64,000 nucleotides of DNA from Candidatus Sulfobium sp. (GTDB lineage: Bacteria; Nitrospirota; Thermodesulfovibrionia; Thermodesulfovibrionales; UBA6898), in assembly GCA_037380845.1 (NCBI GenBank), contig JARRRI010000006.1, positions 12,782 through 76,781 on the forward strand, given 5' to 3'. Within the stretch, counting starts at the first letter, position 1; every line of letters begins with the position of its first letter. The position numbers and the translations under genes are program-made. The notes below the pieces were generated by a model. It saw nothing but the letters and a program-made list of their open reading frames with translations, was not told the origin of the DNA and ran no database searches. Of this stretch, positions 47,853-57,288 are shown piece after piece.

Positions 47853-48563
47853 GTGCGGCGGTTGGTTGATCGGAAAGTTATTTATGAAATGGCCGCTCTA
47901 ACTGGAAATTTCCAACCCCGGGACTTTGAGGAGGCCGGGGACATACAGGAACATGTCAGAAGAGAGGTCCGCATAATCCCGTTGGAAGGGGAGCCTGTCC
48001 TTGTCGCGGCGGCGGATGCTGCGTACAGCGACGATTCAGTGGTTGCGGCGGCTTCCCTGTACTCATATGCCGGATTGGCCCATGTAGCCGATGCTTTTTT
48101 CAGGGGCCGGCCAAGCTTCCCGTACAGAAGCGGATTTTTGGCCTTCCGTGAAGGTTCAGCCATAGCCGGTGCCCTGAAAAAACTGGAACGGCCTGATGTT
48201 ATCCTGATCGACGGCCAGGGCATTGCTCATCCGCGGGGAGCCGGCATTGCGTCTCACATCGGGGTTATTCTCAATAAGCCGACCATAGGATGTGCAAAAA
48301 CACGGCTTACCGGCCGCTTCGACGAGCCCGGAGCGACCAGGGGCTGTTGGACATACCTGTACGAGGAAAGGACAGGCCTTCAGCCCATCGGTGCGGTACT
48401 GAGGACGAGGAGTCATGTAAAGCCACTTTTCATATCTCCGGGACACCTCATCGATATTGAATCCAGCGTCCGCATCGTTTTGGGGTGCTTCTCCGGTTAC
48501 AGGATTCCCGAGCCTCTCAGAAGAGCGGATAAACTGTCGAAAACATTAAGCAGGGATGCCTAG
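47853..48563 (+). CDS. nfi: Endonuclease V (start uncertain)
   Basis: FPYRSGFLAFRE, LIDGQGIAHPRGAGIASH, GCAKT and RIPEP. Confidence 0.9.
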   Translation: MRRLVDRKVIYEMAALTGNFQPRDFEEAGDIQEHVRREVRIIPLEGEPVLVAAADAAYSDDSVVAAASLYSYAGLAHVADAFFRGRPSFPYRSGFLAFREGSAIAGALKKLERPDVILIDGQGIAHPRGAGIASHIGVILNKPTIGCAKTRLTGRFDEPGATRGCWTYLYEERTGLQPIGAVLRTRSHVKPLFISPGHLIDIESSVRIVLGCFSGYRIPEPLRRADKLSKTLSRDA

Positions 48564-49240
48564 GTTTTCGCCGATTTGCTTTTGATGAAAGAGTCTATCG
48601 AGGCCCTATGGTGAGATTTCAGATCGAGGAAACGAACTCCATAGTGGTAAGCGTCTGTCCCGTTTGCGGCTACCCTCATCACTTCTGCGTCGGCAGTGAT
48701 CCTTTCGGCCCCCGGCAGGAAAAAAGAGCAGGATATGGAATCACCTTTCTCGAGTTTCTTGTCCGTCTCGATGAGGATGCCCGATGTGCTTATATTCTGC
48801 GAAGAGCAGAAGAATGTTTCACCCGGCGATTTTCCGTTTACGCTCACTTTTAAGAGGACCCTGTAGCTCTTTCTTTCCGGGATGTCGAGAAGCTGACTGA
48901 CTTTTTCAAGAAGTTGCAGCGGCCTGATCGGTTTGGTAATGTAAGCGTTGGCCTGACAGCGTTTAAACCTGTTCATATCGGAGTCACTGTTGGTTCCCAC
49001 TATGATCACGGAGACCTGTTGGAGTACCGGATCTCTTCTAATCTGGGAACAGAGTTCATCTCCGTTAAGTTCAGGCATTTCCAGGTCCATGACGATAAGG
49101 TCCATCTTCTCCGAACGGTGCAGTTCCAGGGCCTCCCGGCTTGAAGTGGTGGTGAATATTGTAAAATCCGATCTGTTGAGGATGCTTTTTTCTTTTTCTA
49201 TGAAGGCATGCACGTCATCTACGATCAATATCTTTTTCAT
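48560..49240 (-). CDS. Response regulator with C-terminal PilZ domain
   Basis: KKILIVDD, DLEMPELNG, KP, then RKSYR...NISTSG PilZ motif. Confidence 0.85.
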   Translation of the reverse strand: MKKILIVDDVHAFIEKEKSILNRSDFTIFTTTSSREALELHRSEKMDLIVMDLEMPELNGDELCSQIRRDPVLQQVSVIIVGTNSDSDMNRFKRCQANAYITKPIRPLQLLEKVSQLLDIPERKSYRVLLKVSVNGKSPGETFFCSSQNISTSGILIETDKKLEKGDSISCSFFLPGAERITADAEVMRVAANGTDAYHYGVRFLDLKSHHRASIDSFIKSKSAKT

Positions 49241-49309
49241 GGGTTTTCTTTTATACCGGAAGAAAGCGGCGTTTGTCAAGACAGGCGCTCCCGGGAGCAG
49301 TCCGGAGCT

Positions 49310-50095
49310 TCATGCGGCGGGGAGGGAATCTTTTCCTGCGTTTGACCGCACCGCGAAATAGACATAGGCGGTGGAAATCAGCAGACTGATGTACCACCAG
49401 TAAGGTATGTCCAGCGCGGCGACGGCAACGAATACACCCAGGATAACAGAAGGCGTGATGGCGATGACCGCCAGACGCACCAGAGTCCGGAACCGCAGTT
49501 GCGCCTGCAGGGAACGGGCAAATATAAGGCCGATTGCGGCATAAAAGATGACCTCGACAATATGGTAGAAAAAAGAAAAAACAAGCGCCAGCGGGTAAAA
49601 GACAAATATCGACCAGTCCTCAAAGCTGTCCATCCAGTCATAAATGACCTTGTGGTTTACGGTCAGCCTCCTGATATCCGACAGATCGAAGGTCCTTGTT
49701 TCAGTCTTATCGGTCTTTATTTCTATGCTGTTTTTCGTGAGGAGAACCACGGCTTGCGATCCTTTGAGTGAGGCGACCTTTCCTGTAGTATCTATTATCA
49801 TTACCGGCTTTCCGGTTTTTTTGTCTTTGATGTAATAAGGCTGCGGCTTTTTTACCGATACCTTGCCGTCTGCAACGGTAATGGTTGGGACCTGCTGCAC
49901 GAAGCCGGGGGCCTCGGTGTTAAAAAAAGTTATCAGGTCCGCCCGAACTTTCATGACTCCGGGGATAACTGACAATGCAAGCAGGGCAAGAAGATAAGTC
50001 ATGCAGAGCCCCTTCCAGTTTCTCGCTACGTCCTGATAAAGAGACTTTGAAAAGAATGACAGGTACAACGGATGGACTATGTTATATCTCTGCAT
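49310..50095 (-). CDS. DUF1189-like membrane protein
   Basis: N-terminal TM, soluble domain and three C-terminal TMs with AITP. Confidence 0.65.
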   Translation of the reverse strand: MQRYNIVHPLYLSFFSKSLYQDVARNWKGLCMTYLLALLALSVIPGVMKVRADLITFFNTEAPGFVQQVPTITVADGKVSVKKPQPYYIKDKKTGKPVMIIDTTGKVASLKGSQAVVLLTKNSIEIKTDKTETRTFDLSDIRRLTVNHKVIYDWMDSFEDWSIFVFYPLALVFSFFYHIVEVIFYAAIGLIFARSLQAQLRFRTLVRLAVIAITPSVILGVFVAVAALDIPYWWYISLLISTAYVYFAVRSNAGKDSLPAA

Positions 50096-50110
50096 AAAAC
50101 CCCTTGCACC

Positions 50111-50578
50111 TTATTCATGCCTCCGGCCCCTGCATATCTGGACCGCGGACTGCACGAGCATCAGCGCGATCCCGGCAGTAAGGGCGGCATCTGCAACGTT
50201 AAAAGCGGGCCAGTGGTAATTCGCGACATGCAGGTCCAGGAAGTCTACGACACGCCCAAGCATTATCCTGTCAGTCAGATTACCCACCGCTCCACCTAGA
50301 ATCAGCGAAAATGCAGCCCGGTTACTGCTATCTTTTACAATCAGGAGGGCAACGAAAATGGAGGCGCAGGCAGCTATTACGATAAAGAAGGAGTTCCCCA
50401 GGCTCCTGAACAGGCCGAATGCCGACCCCGTGTTTTCAACGTGTACCATGTTCAGAACGGGAAGAACGTGTACTACGTCGAACGGAGCCAGAGACATCCT
50501 GACCAGATACTTTGTGTACTGGTCGACAATGAAGACAGTCAGGGAAAGAGCGAAGTATGGAAAACACCCTTTTTTCAT
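50111..50578 (-). CDS. lspA: Lipoprotein signal peptidase II
   Basis: DQYTK, NTGSAFG, GAVGNLTDR, VVDF and FNVAD. Confidence 0.95.
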   Translation of the reverse strand: MKKGCFPYFALSLTVFIVDQYTKYLVRMSLAPFDVVHVLPVLNMVHVENTGSAFGLFRSLGNSFFIVIAACASIFVALLIVKDSSNRAAFSLILGGAVGNLTDRIMLGRVVDFLDLHVANYHWPAFNVADAALTAGIALMLVQSAVQICRGRRHE

Positions 50579-50651
50579 CTTCCGGAGCCGTTCATGATTC
50601 TCGCGAATCCTGGCCGGGAGGGTCCGTGAAAAATGTATTGCCGGGATGCCG

Positions 50652-51125
50652 TCACAGGGCTTCGCCTTTCGGCTGAAGATCGACTATAAGCGCGTGCTCG
50701 TCGCACTCGGGAAATTTCGGACATCTGATGCAGTCCCCCCATATCTTCTGGGGCAGACCTGATTTGTCTATATCCATGAATCCCAGCTTCTTGAAGAAAT
50801 CGGGCTGATAGGTGAGAACGAATACCCTGCTTATCCCCAGTGTCCTGGCTTCCGAAAGGCAGCGCCTGACCAGTTTTCTGCCGATTCCCATCCGTTGATA
50901 TTCTTTTCTGACGGCCAGGGAACGGACCTCTGCGAGGTCTTCCCATAGTATATGCAGGGCGCAGACACCTGCAATTGCGCCGGCGTCTTCGCACACCAGA
51001 AGGTCCCTCATACTTTCGTAAAGCTCATTGAGGGAACGGGGGATCATTTCTTCCCGGCGCGCGAACTCATTGATGAGCCGCTGAACATCCCTCAGGTCGG
51101 AGATCCTAGCCTTCCTGATCTTCAA
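50652..51125 (-). CDS. GNAT N-acetyltransferase (short ArgA-like)
   Basis: EDLAEVRSLAV, VFVLT and LPQKIWGDCIRCPKFPECDE. Confidence 0.85.
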   Translation of the reverse strand: MKIRKARISDLRDVQRLINEFARREEMIPRSLNELYESMRDLLVCEDAGAIAGVCALHILWEDLAEVRSLAVRKEYQRMGIGRKLVRRCLSEARTLGISRVFVLTYQPDFFKKLGFMDIDKSGLPQKIWGDCIRCPKFPECDEHALIVDLQPKGEAL

Positions 51126-51648
51126 CGTAGGCCATTCCCCTGATGATCGACTGTCTGTTGGTATTCATCACTGTGTCCTGCCGACGAGTTTCATCAAATA
51201 AACCGAGTACCGAAGACTCATGGAGGATTTTGGTCCTGGCTACGAGGGCTCCGAGCATGACCATATTTGCGGACTTCGTATTTCCGGCCGAGCTTGCAAT
51301 CTGTGTAGCGGGTACCGGGACCGGTGTAATATCTCTCCTGGCGGAGTGTTTCAGTATCAGTGAACTATCGTAAAAGAAAAGTCCCTTTCGTTTTAGCGAC
51401 GGCTGGAACTTTTCGAAAGAAGCCTTGTTCATGACGACGAGAATATCGGGAGTTAGTACCACGGGAGAGCCTATCATCTCATCGGAGATGATTACAGTAC
51501 AGTTGGCTGTCCCGCCCCTCATCTCCGCTCCGTAGGAAGGAAACCAGGTTACCCTTCTTCCTTCCTTCATGCTGGCGACGGCGAGCATCTTGCCCAGAAA
51601 GAGAATTCCCTGACCGCCGGAGCCGGCTATAATAATTCTTCTTTCCAG
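51106..51648 (-). CDS. 2-oxoacid:ferredoxin oxidoreductase gamma subunit (CTG start)
   Basis: CTG-ERRIIIAGSGGQGIL, PSYGAEMRGG and ANMVMLGA. AAGGAG lies 9 nt upstream of the CTG. Confidence 0.85.
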   Translation of the reverse strand: MERRIIIAGSGGQGILFLGKMLAVASMKEGRRVTWFPSYGAEMRGGTANCTVIISDEMIGSPVVLTPDILVVMNKASFEKFQPSLKRKGLFFYDSSLILKHSARRDITPVPVPATQIASSAGNTKSANMVMLGALVARTKILHESSVLGLFDETRRQDTVMNTNRQSIIRGMAYVEDQEG

Positions 51649-52398
51649 TTAACCCGTCTCCTTGAATCTGTCTTTGTATACGCCGAGTGGAAAAGTTTCG
51701 ACCATCACGGACCTCATCCATTTCAGGGAGGCTTTGGGAGACATGCCCCAGTCGGTGGGACAGGGGGAAAGCATTTCGACAAGAGAAAATCCCTTCCCGT
51801 CCAACTGGTATCTGAAAGCTTTTTCGACAGCGCGCCCGGCTGCGACCACGTTCCGGTGGGAATCAAGCGACACCCGCTCTACGAAAGATACTCCTTCAAT
51901 AGTGGACAGGAGCTCCGATATCCTGAGCGGAAAACCCTCCCGTAAACCGCTTCGTCCAGCCGGAGTCGTGGTCGTGCGCTGCCCCGAGACCGTTGTGGGG
52001 GCCATCTGGCCGCCGGTCATGCCGTAAGTGGCGTTGTTGATGAAAAAGACTGAGAAATTTTCGCCTCTTGCTGCAGCGTGAATTATTTCAGCCGTTCCGA
52101 TTGCCGCAAGGTCGCCGTCTCCCTGATAGGAGAAAATTACTTTGTCGGGCATTATCCTCTTCAGTGCGGTGGCGACGGCGGGCGGTCTTCCATGTGCCGC
52201 CTCCAGAATGTCGAAGTTGAAATAATCATAGGCAAAGACAGCGCAGCCGACCGGCGCGATTCCGACCACATTGTCGCGTATATGCAGGGAATCCATGCAT
52301 TCCGCGATCAGTCTGTGAGCTATACTGTGGCCACACCCCGGACAATATCTGAAAGAGGACGGCTTAAGGCTCTCAGGCCGGGTGAATATTTTCTGCAT
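51649..52398 (-). CDS. 2-oxoacid:ferredoxin oxidoreductase beta subunit (TPP-binding)
   Basis: YCPGCGH, VGC, HGR, GDGD, NNATYGMTGGQMAPT and SPCPT. Confidence 0.92.
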   Translation of the reverse strand: MQKIFTRPESLKPSSFRYCPGCGHSIAHRLIAECMDSLHIRDNVVGIAPVGCAVFAYDYFNFDILEAAHGRPPAVATALKRIMPDKVIFSYQGDGDLAAIGTAEIIHAAARGENFSVFFINNATYGMTGGQMAPTTVSGQRTTTTPAGRSGLREGFPLRISELLSTIEGVSFVERVSLDSHRNVVAAGRAVEKAFRYQLDGKGFSLVEMLSPCPTDWGMSPKASLKWMRSVMVETFPLGVYKDRFKETG

Positions 52399-52656
52399 AT
52401 CTATCCTGGATTCTATTTCAATTTCCTGCGCCTTGCGGACTCACCACAAAGATCCCTTGTCAGTAGGATAGTTTATGACATTGCCGGAACTATTTCAAGG
52501 CAACGAACAGCGTTTCATTCAGTTTTTGACGTGGGGCAGTGCGCCTGCAGGAACAGGATGACAAGGTCGAGGTATGCCGTGATGAAAAAGTGAAGGTCCA
52601 TGCGGAATTATGAGGTATAATATTTTCAGTGTTTGCAAGGTGGTGAAGGAGGTTGA

Positions 52657-53178
52657 GTGAAGGTTCTCGTTCTTGGAGTCGGCAATGTACTGATGAGGGA
52701 TGAAGCCCTGGGGGTGAGGGCGGTGGAGGAACTTGGGAGGAGGTACCGGTTCCCGGAAAACGTGGAACTCCTCGACGGGGGTACTTCCGGAATCGAGTTG
52801 CTGTCGTACATCAGGGAGAGAGATTATCTTATTGTTATTGATGCCGTGAGAAGCGGCAGCCCCCCGGGTACGGTAGTCAGGGTGGAGGGCGAAGACGTGC
52901 CTGCCAGATTCATGACAAGGATTTCGCCGCACCAACTGGGCATTTCGGATCTGCTTGCGACGGCAACGATCAGCGGTCATCTTCCTGAAAGAATGGTCCT
53001 TTTCGGAATAGAGCCGAAAGACGTTGAATTGGGGCTCGGACTGTCCGACGAGGTTAGGGCCGGGTTCGGAAGGTTGATAGAAGTGGTATTGAACGAGTTG
53101 TGCGAGTTAGGTTATGGCGCCGAGCAGGTGCCCGGCGAAGGTCCCCTTTCAAAGAGCAGGTGGGAGCCCGGGGGCTGA
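52657..53178 (+). CDS. Hydrogenase maturation endopeptidase (HyaD/HybD family)
   Basis: LGVGNVLMRDE, DGGT, IDAV and SPHQ. Confidence 0.92.
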   Translation: MKVLVLGVGNVLMRDEALGVRAVEELGRRYRFPENVELLDGGTSGIELLSYIRERDYLIVIDAVRSGSPPGTVVRVEGEDVPARFMTRISPHQLGISDLLATATISGHLPERMVLFGIEPKDVELGLGLSDEVRAGFGRLIEVVLNELCELGYGAEQVPGEGPLSKSRWEPGG

Positions 53179-53183
53179 AGGTC

Positions 53184-53438
53184 ATGTGTCTCGCGATACC
53201 GTCAAAGATCGTCAAGTTGAGTGAATTTACGGCTGTAGTGGATGTCTACAGCGCCCGCAGGGAGATCAGTCTCCTGCTTATGCCCGAAGAGGTCGGTATT
53301 GGGGATTACGTCCTCGTCCACGCGGGTTTCGCAATCCAGAAGGTTGAGCATGAGACGGCCCAGGAAACGCTCAGGACCATTTCGGCTGTCATCGAAGAAT
53401 CTGAAAAAGAAGTCGACGATGACGGTATGGCAGAGTAG
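53184..53438 (+). CDS. hypC: Hydrogenase maturation chaperone HypC/HybG
   Basis: MCLAIP and GDYVLVHAGFAI. Confidence 0.93.
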   Translation: MCLAIPSKIVKLSEFTAVVDVYSARREISLLLMPEEVGIGDYVLVHAGFAIQKVEHETAQETLRTISAVIEESEKEVDDDGMAE

Positions 53439-53626
53439 TATTTCTGACTCTTTGTATGGAACGACTCTCTTGATCTGCCTGTGGCCCGACAATGGGCGCA
53501 AGCGTTATGCCTGCAGGTCCGGGGATCCGGCTTCAGAACATAGTGCTGCCTGCCCGCAGCTAGAGTGATTTTTTTGGAGGCGGCTCTCCTCTGTCGTTTC
53601 ATTTTGTAACTCCACAAAAAATATGA

Positions 53627-53655
53627 TTGACACCTCACCGTTATCGTGATATTTT
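53627..53655 (+). promoter_or_regulatory. Putative sigma70 promoter of the hydrogenase structural operon
   Basis: TTGACA-17 nt-TATTTT. Confidence 0.5.
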
Positions 53656-53802
53656 CTAACTAAAAAAGATCTTGACACGGCATTTAATCACAGACAAAAG
53701 GGGCTTTTTGAAGTTGTTTTTATGGTTTCATATTGGGCTGCCTGAATTTTCTATCAAGACATATTGCATGTATTACCCACCCAAGGCCAAAGGAGGTGTT
53801 GC

Positions 53803-54835
53803 ATGAAAGGTGATTTTGAAGGGATCTCCGATGACGTGGGGTCCCCATATGAGAGGTTGCTTAAAAGGGGGGTATCACGAAGAGATTTCATGAAATTCTG
53901 TGCATCCATGGGCGCGGTCCTTGCCTTGCCGGGGGGATACGCCGGTAAGATCGCGGAAGCCATCGAGAAGACGAAGAGGCCGCCTCTCGTCTGGCTTGAG
54001 TTCCAGGACTGTGCGGGCAATACGGAGGCCTTCCTCAGGGCGAACAAGCCTAGCGTAAGGAAGATTGTTCTCGACGTCCTGTCTGTTGACTACCATGAGA
54101 CCATAATGGCCCCCGCCGGAAAACAGGCCGAGAAATCGCTGGACGACGTTGTGAAAAACCAGAAAGGTAAATACCTGGCTGTCGTTGAGGGCTCTATACC
54201 GCTGAAAGACAATGGGGTATATTGCTGCGTCGGCGGCAAGAGTGCAATCGACATCACCAGGGAGGTGTGCGGCAATGCGATGGCGACCATTGCGGCCGGG
54301 ACCTGTGCAACCTTCGGAGGTATCCCGGCGGCGGCACCCAATCCGACCGGTGCCGTTGGCGTTCAGGAAGCAATGCCGGGCATTACCGTTGTGAATCTTT
54401 CGGGCTGTCCCATGAACCCCGACAATCTGACAGCGGTGGTTGTACACTTCCTTACCTTTGGAACTCTGCCTGCCACGGACCGGCTGAACAGACCTCTTTT
54501 TGCCTATGGCGAAAGGATCCACGACCATTGTCAGAGAAGGGCACACTACGATGCCGGCCAGTTCGTCAGGCAGTGGGGTGACGAGGGGCACAGGCTCGGC
54601 TGGTGCCTTTACGAAATGGGATGCAAGGGGCCGGATACTTTTCTGAACTGTCCTGCCATAAGGTATAACATGTCCGTTCTATAAGAGACTTCCCAAAGTC
54701 CCAGGCTTCGGCGTCGAGGCGACTGCGGATAAGGTCGGAGCTGGCGTAGCGGGAGTGGCTGTTGCCGGTGTCATTGCCCACAGGATTGCCCGGGCCGTAA
54801 GGGGAAAAGAGAAGGAAGAAGAAAAAAATAAATAG
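53803..54835 (+). pseudogene. Group 1 [NiFe]-hydrogenase small subunit (Tat signal), disrupted as sequenced by a deletion/frameshift near 54670
   Basis: SRRDFMK, WLEFQDCAGN, GTCA, SGCP, HDHC and CLYEMGCKGP. The frame stops at 54684. The TM tail PFYKRLP...AGVIAH continues in the +1 frame to TAG at 54835. The GHxCxGC segment is absent. Confidence 0.85.
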
Positions 54836-54859
54836 TCAGGACGAAAGGAGAATGTGATC

Positions 54860-56569
54860 ATGGCCAAGATAGTCGTTGATCCTATCACACGGATCGAGGG
54901 GCATCTCAGGATAGAAGCTCAGGTAGAAGGCGGCAAAGTGGCCGACGCATGGTCTTCCAGTACCATGTTCCGGGGGATAGAGATCATCCTGAAGGGGCGG
55001 GATCCAAGGGATGCATGGTACTTTGCCCAGCGAATATGAGGCGTCTGAACAACGGTTCACGCCAACAGCTCCGTGAGAGCTGTAGAAAATGCTCTGAGTA
55101 TCACCATACCGGAAAATGCGAGGCTCATGAGGAACCTCATAACCGGTATCCAGTTTATCCAGGACCACGTCATACATTTTTATCACCTCCACGCACTTGA
55201 CTGGGTGGACCTGGTAAATGCGCTGCAGGCCGACCCGGCCAGGACGGCCTCCCTCGCACAGTCTATTTCGGACTGGCCGAAGTCCAGCGCGACTTATTTC
55301 AAGGGTATCAAAGACAAGCTGAAGACCTTCGTAGAGAGCGGGCAACTGGGCATCTTCGCCAACGCATACTGGGGTCACCCGGCCTACAAACTCCCGCCGG
55401 AAGCCAACCTCATGGCAGCCGCCCACTATCTGGAAGCTCTTGACTGGCAGAAGAACGTGATCAGGATTCATGCCATTCTGGGCGCCAAGAACCCTCATCT
55501 TCAGACTTACCTGGTCGGCGGGATGGCGTTGCCGATAGACCTCAACAGCGAGAGTGCACTCAATGACGGCGGCCTGACCGAAATCGCCGAACTGAGCAGC
55601 AAGGCAAAGGACTTCGTTGAACAGGTCTACATTCCCGACCTGCTGGCCGTCGCGTCGTTTTACAAGGAGTGGTTCGGCTATGGCGCGGGAATAGGAAACT
55701 ACCTGGCCTATGGTGAATTCCCCAACGATACGGTTTCCAATACAGGCAATCTGTGGCTGCCCAGGGGCATTATCAAGAATAAGGACCTCAGTAAGGTATA
55801 CCCCGTAGACCAGGAGAAGATAGCCGAGTATGTTACGCATTCATGGTATGAATACAGCAACGGGAACGACACGGCAAGGCATCCGTGGAAAGGAGAGACT
55901 GATTATCATTACACCGGTCCCCAGCCGCCTTATCAGTTCCTGGATACGGCCAGGAAATATTCGTGGATAAAGGCTCCTCGTTATGAAAATGAGGCTATGG
56001 AAGTCGGACCGTTGTCGAGGATGCTGGTGGCTTACGCATCGGGCCACAAGCGTATCAGGGAAGTGATAGACTCGGTTCTGAAGAAACTGAACGCCGGTCC
56101 TGAAGCACTGTTCTCGACGCTCGGAAGAGACGCCGCCAGAGGGGTAGAGACGCTCGTTACGGCGGAGATGATGAGCGTATGGCTTAACCAGTTGACGGCT
56201 AACATCAAGAAAGGCGACGTCAGCATTCATAATAACAGTAAGTGGGAGCCCTCGACCTGGCCCAGGGAGGCCAAAGGCTACAGCCTGAGCGAGGCGCCGA
56301 GAGGTGCGTTGGGCCACTGGGTCAAGATCAAGGATGAGAAAATTGAGAACTATCAGTGCGTAGTCCCCAGTACCTGGAACGGATCTCCGAGAGACGCTTC
56401 CGGCAAGAAGGGTGCGTACGAGTCGTCTCTCATGGGTACCCCTGTGGCGGAACCTGACAAGCCCATAGAGATCCTGAGGACGGTGCACTCGTTCGACCCG
56501 TGTATGGCCTGCGCGGTTCATGTACTCGATGCCGAGGGGAAAAAAGTGACCAGGATACAGGTGGTTTAG
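54860..56569 (+). CDS. Group 1 (HybC-like) [NiFe]-hydrogenase large subunit with two in-frame UGA codons at the L1 Ni ligands
   Basis: [19 protein letters not shown](55037)-GV-TGA(55046)-[23 protein letters not shown] and [11 protein letters not shown] plus a cleavable tail. One continuous frame of 569 codons. Confidence 0.92.
55065..55083 (+). promoter_or_regulatory. SECIS-like hairpin downstream of the two UGA codons
   Basis: ACAGCUC-CGUGA-GAGCUGU. The loop starts 23 nt after the second UGA and 32 nt after the first, and contains GU. Confidence 0.55.
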
Positions 56570-56584
56570 AGAAAGGAGGGAGCC

Positions 56585-57241
56585 ATGCAGAAGAGAGTTT
56601 ATGTATGGGAAGCGCCGGTCAGGATAGTCCACTGGCTGATCGCCCTTTGCCTGCTGGTCCTTGCTTTCACCGGAGTGTATATCAGCTACCCGTTCATCGT
56701 TGGAACGACAAGCAAACAGTATGTAATGGGGTGGAGCAGGTTTATCCATTTTGTTGCCGCTTATGTGTTTGTGGTGGCCCTTGCAGTGCGAATTTACTGG
56801 GCGTTCGCCGGGAACCGCTATGCATCGTGGAGGGCATTTTTCCCCTTCAGCGGCAAGAGGGCCGGCGGTATGTTAAAGAATATACTGTTCTACTCACTCA
56901 TCATAAAGAGACCGGAGCCTGAAACCGGGCATACGCCGCTTGCGGGGCTCACATATCTTGTGATCTTCATACTGTACCTGATCCAGATAGTAACGGGGTT
57001 TGCACTTTATTCTCTTTATGCTCCGCAAGGCACCATGCACGACCTTTTCGGGTGGTGGTTCTCGGTGACTACCATACCGGTGACAAGGTTGATACACCAC
57101 ATGATAATGTGGCTGCTGCTGTATTTCGTCATCATACACGTCTATATCGCTCTTTTCCTCGACAAGGCGGAGAAGAACGGTCTGGTCGGAAGCATGTTCA
57201 CGGGTTATAAATTTATGGAGACTGAAGAAACGGAACGGTAG
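56585..57241 (+). CDS. Ni/Fe-hydrogenase b-type cytochrome subunit (HyaC-like)
   Basis: VWEAPVRIVHW, RFIHF, GHTPLA and RLIHH...IHVY. Confidence 0.92.
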   Translation: MQKRVYVWEAPVRIVHWLIALCLLVLAFTGVYISYPFIVGTTSKQYVMGWSRFIHFVAAYVFVVALAVRIYWAFAGNRYASWRAFFPFSGKRAGGMLKNILFYSLIIKRPEPETGHTPLAGLTYLVIFILYLIQIVTGFALYSLYAPQGTMHDLFGWWFSVTTIPVTRLIHHMIMWLLLYFVIIHVYIALFLDKAEKNGLVGSMFTGYKFMETEETER

Positions 57242-57288
57242 CTCCTGTGCCGTTAACGCGGCTGGGGAAACAGACAGGAGGATCTGAA

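Noticed and set aside
55037..55048. Genome-wide UGA reassignment (code 4 or 25) as the explanation for the hydrogenase TGAs
   Set aside because: Many intact genes here end in TGA at their expected C-termini (xerD, acsE, acsB), Trp uses TGG throughout, and Trp or Gly could not ligate Ni.
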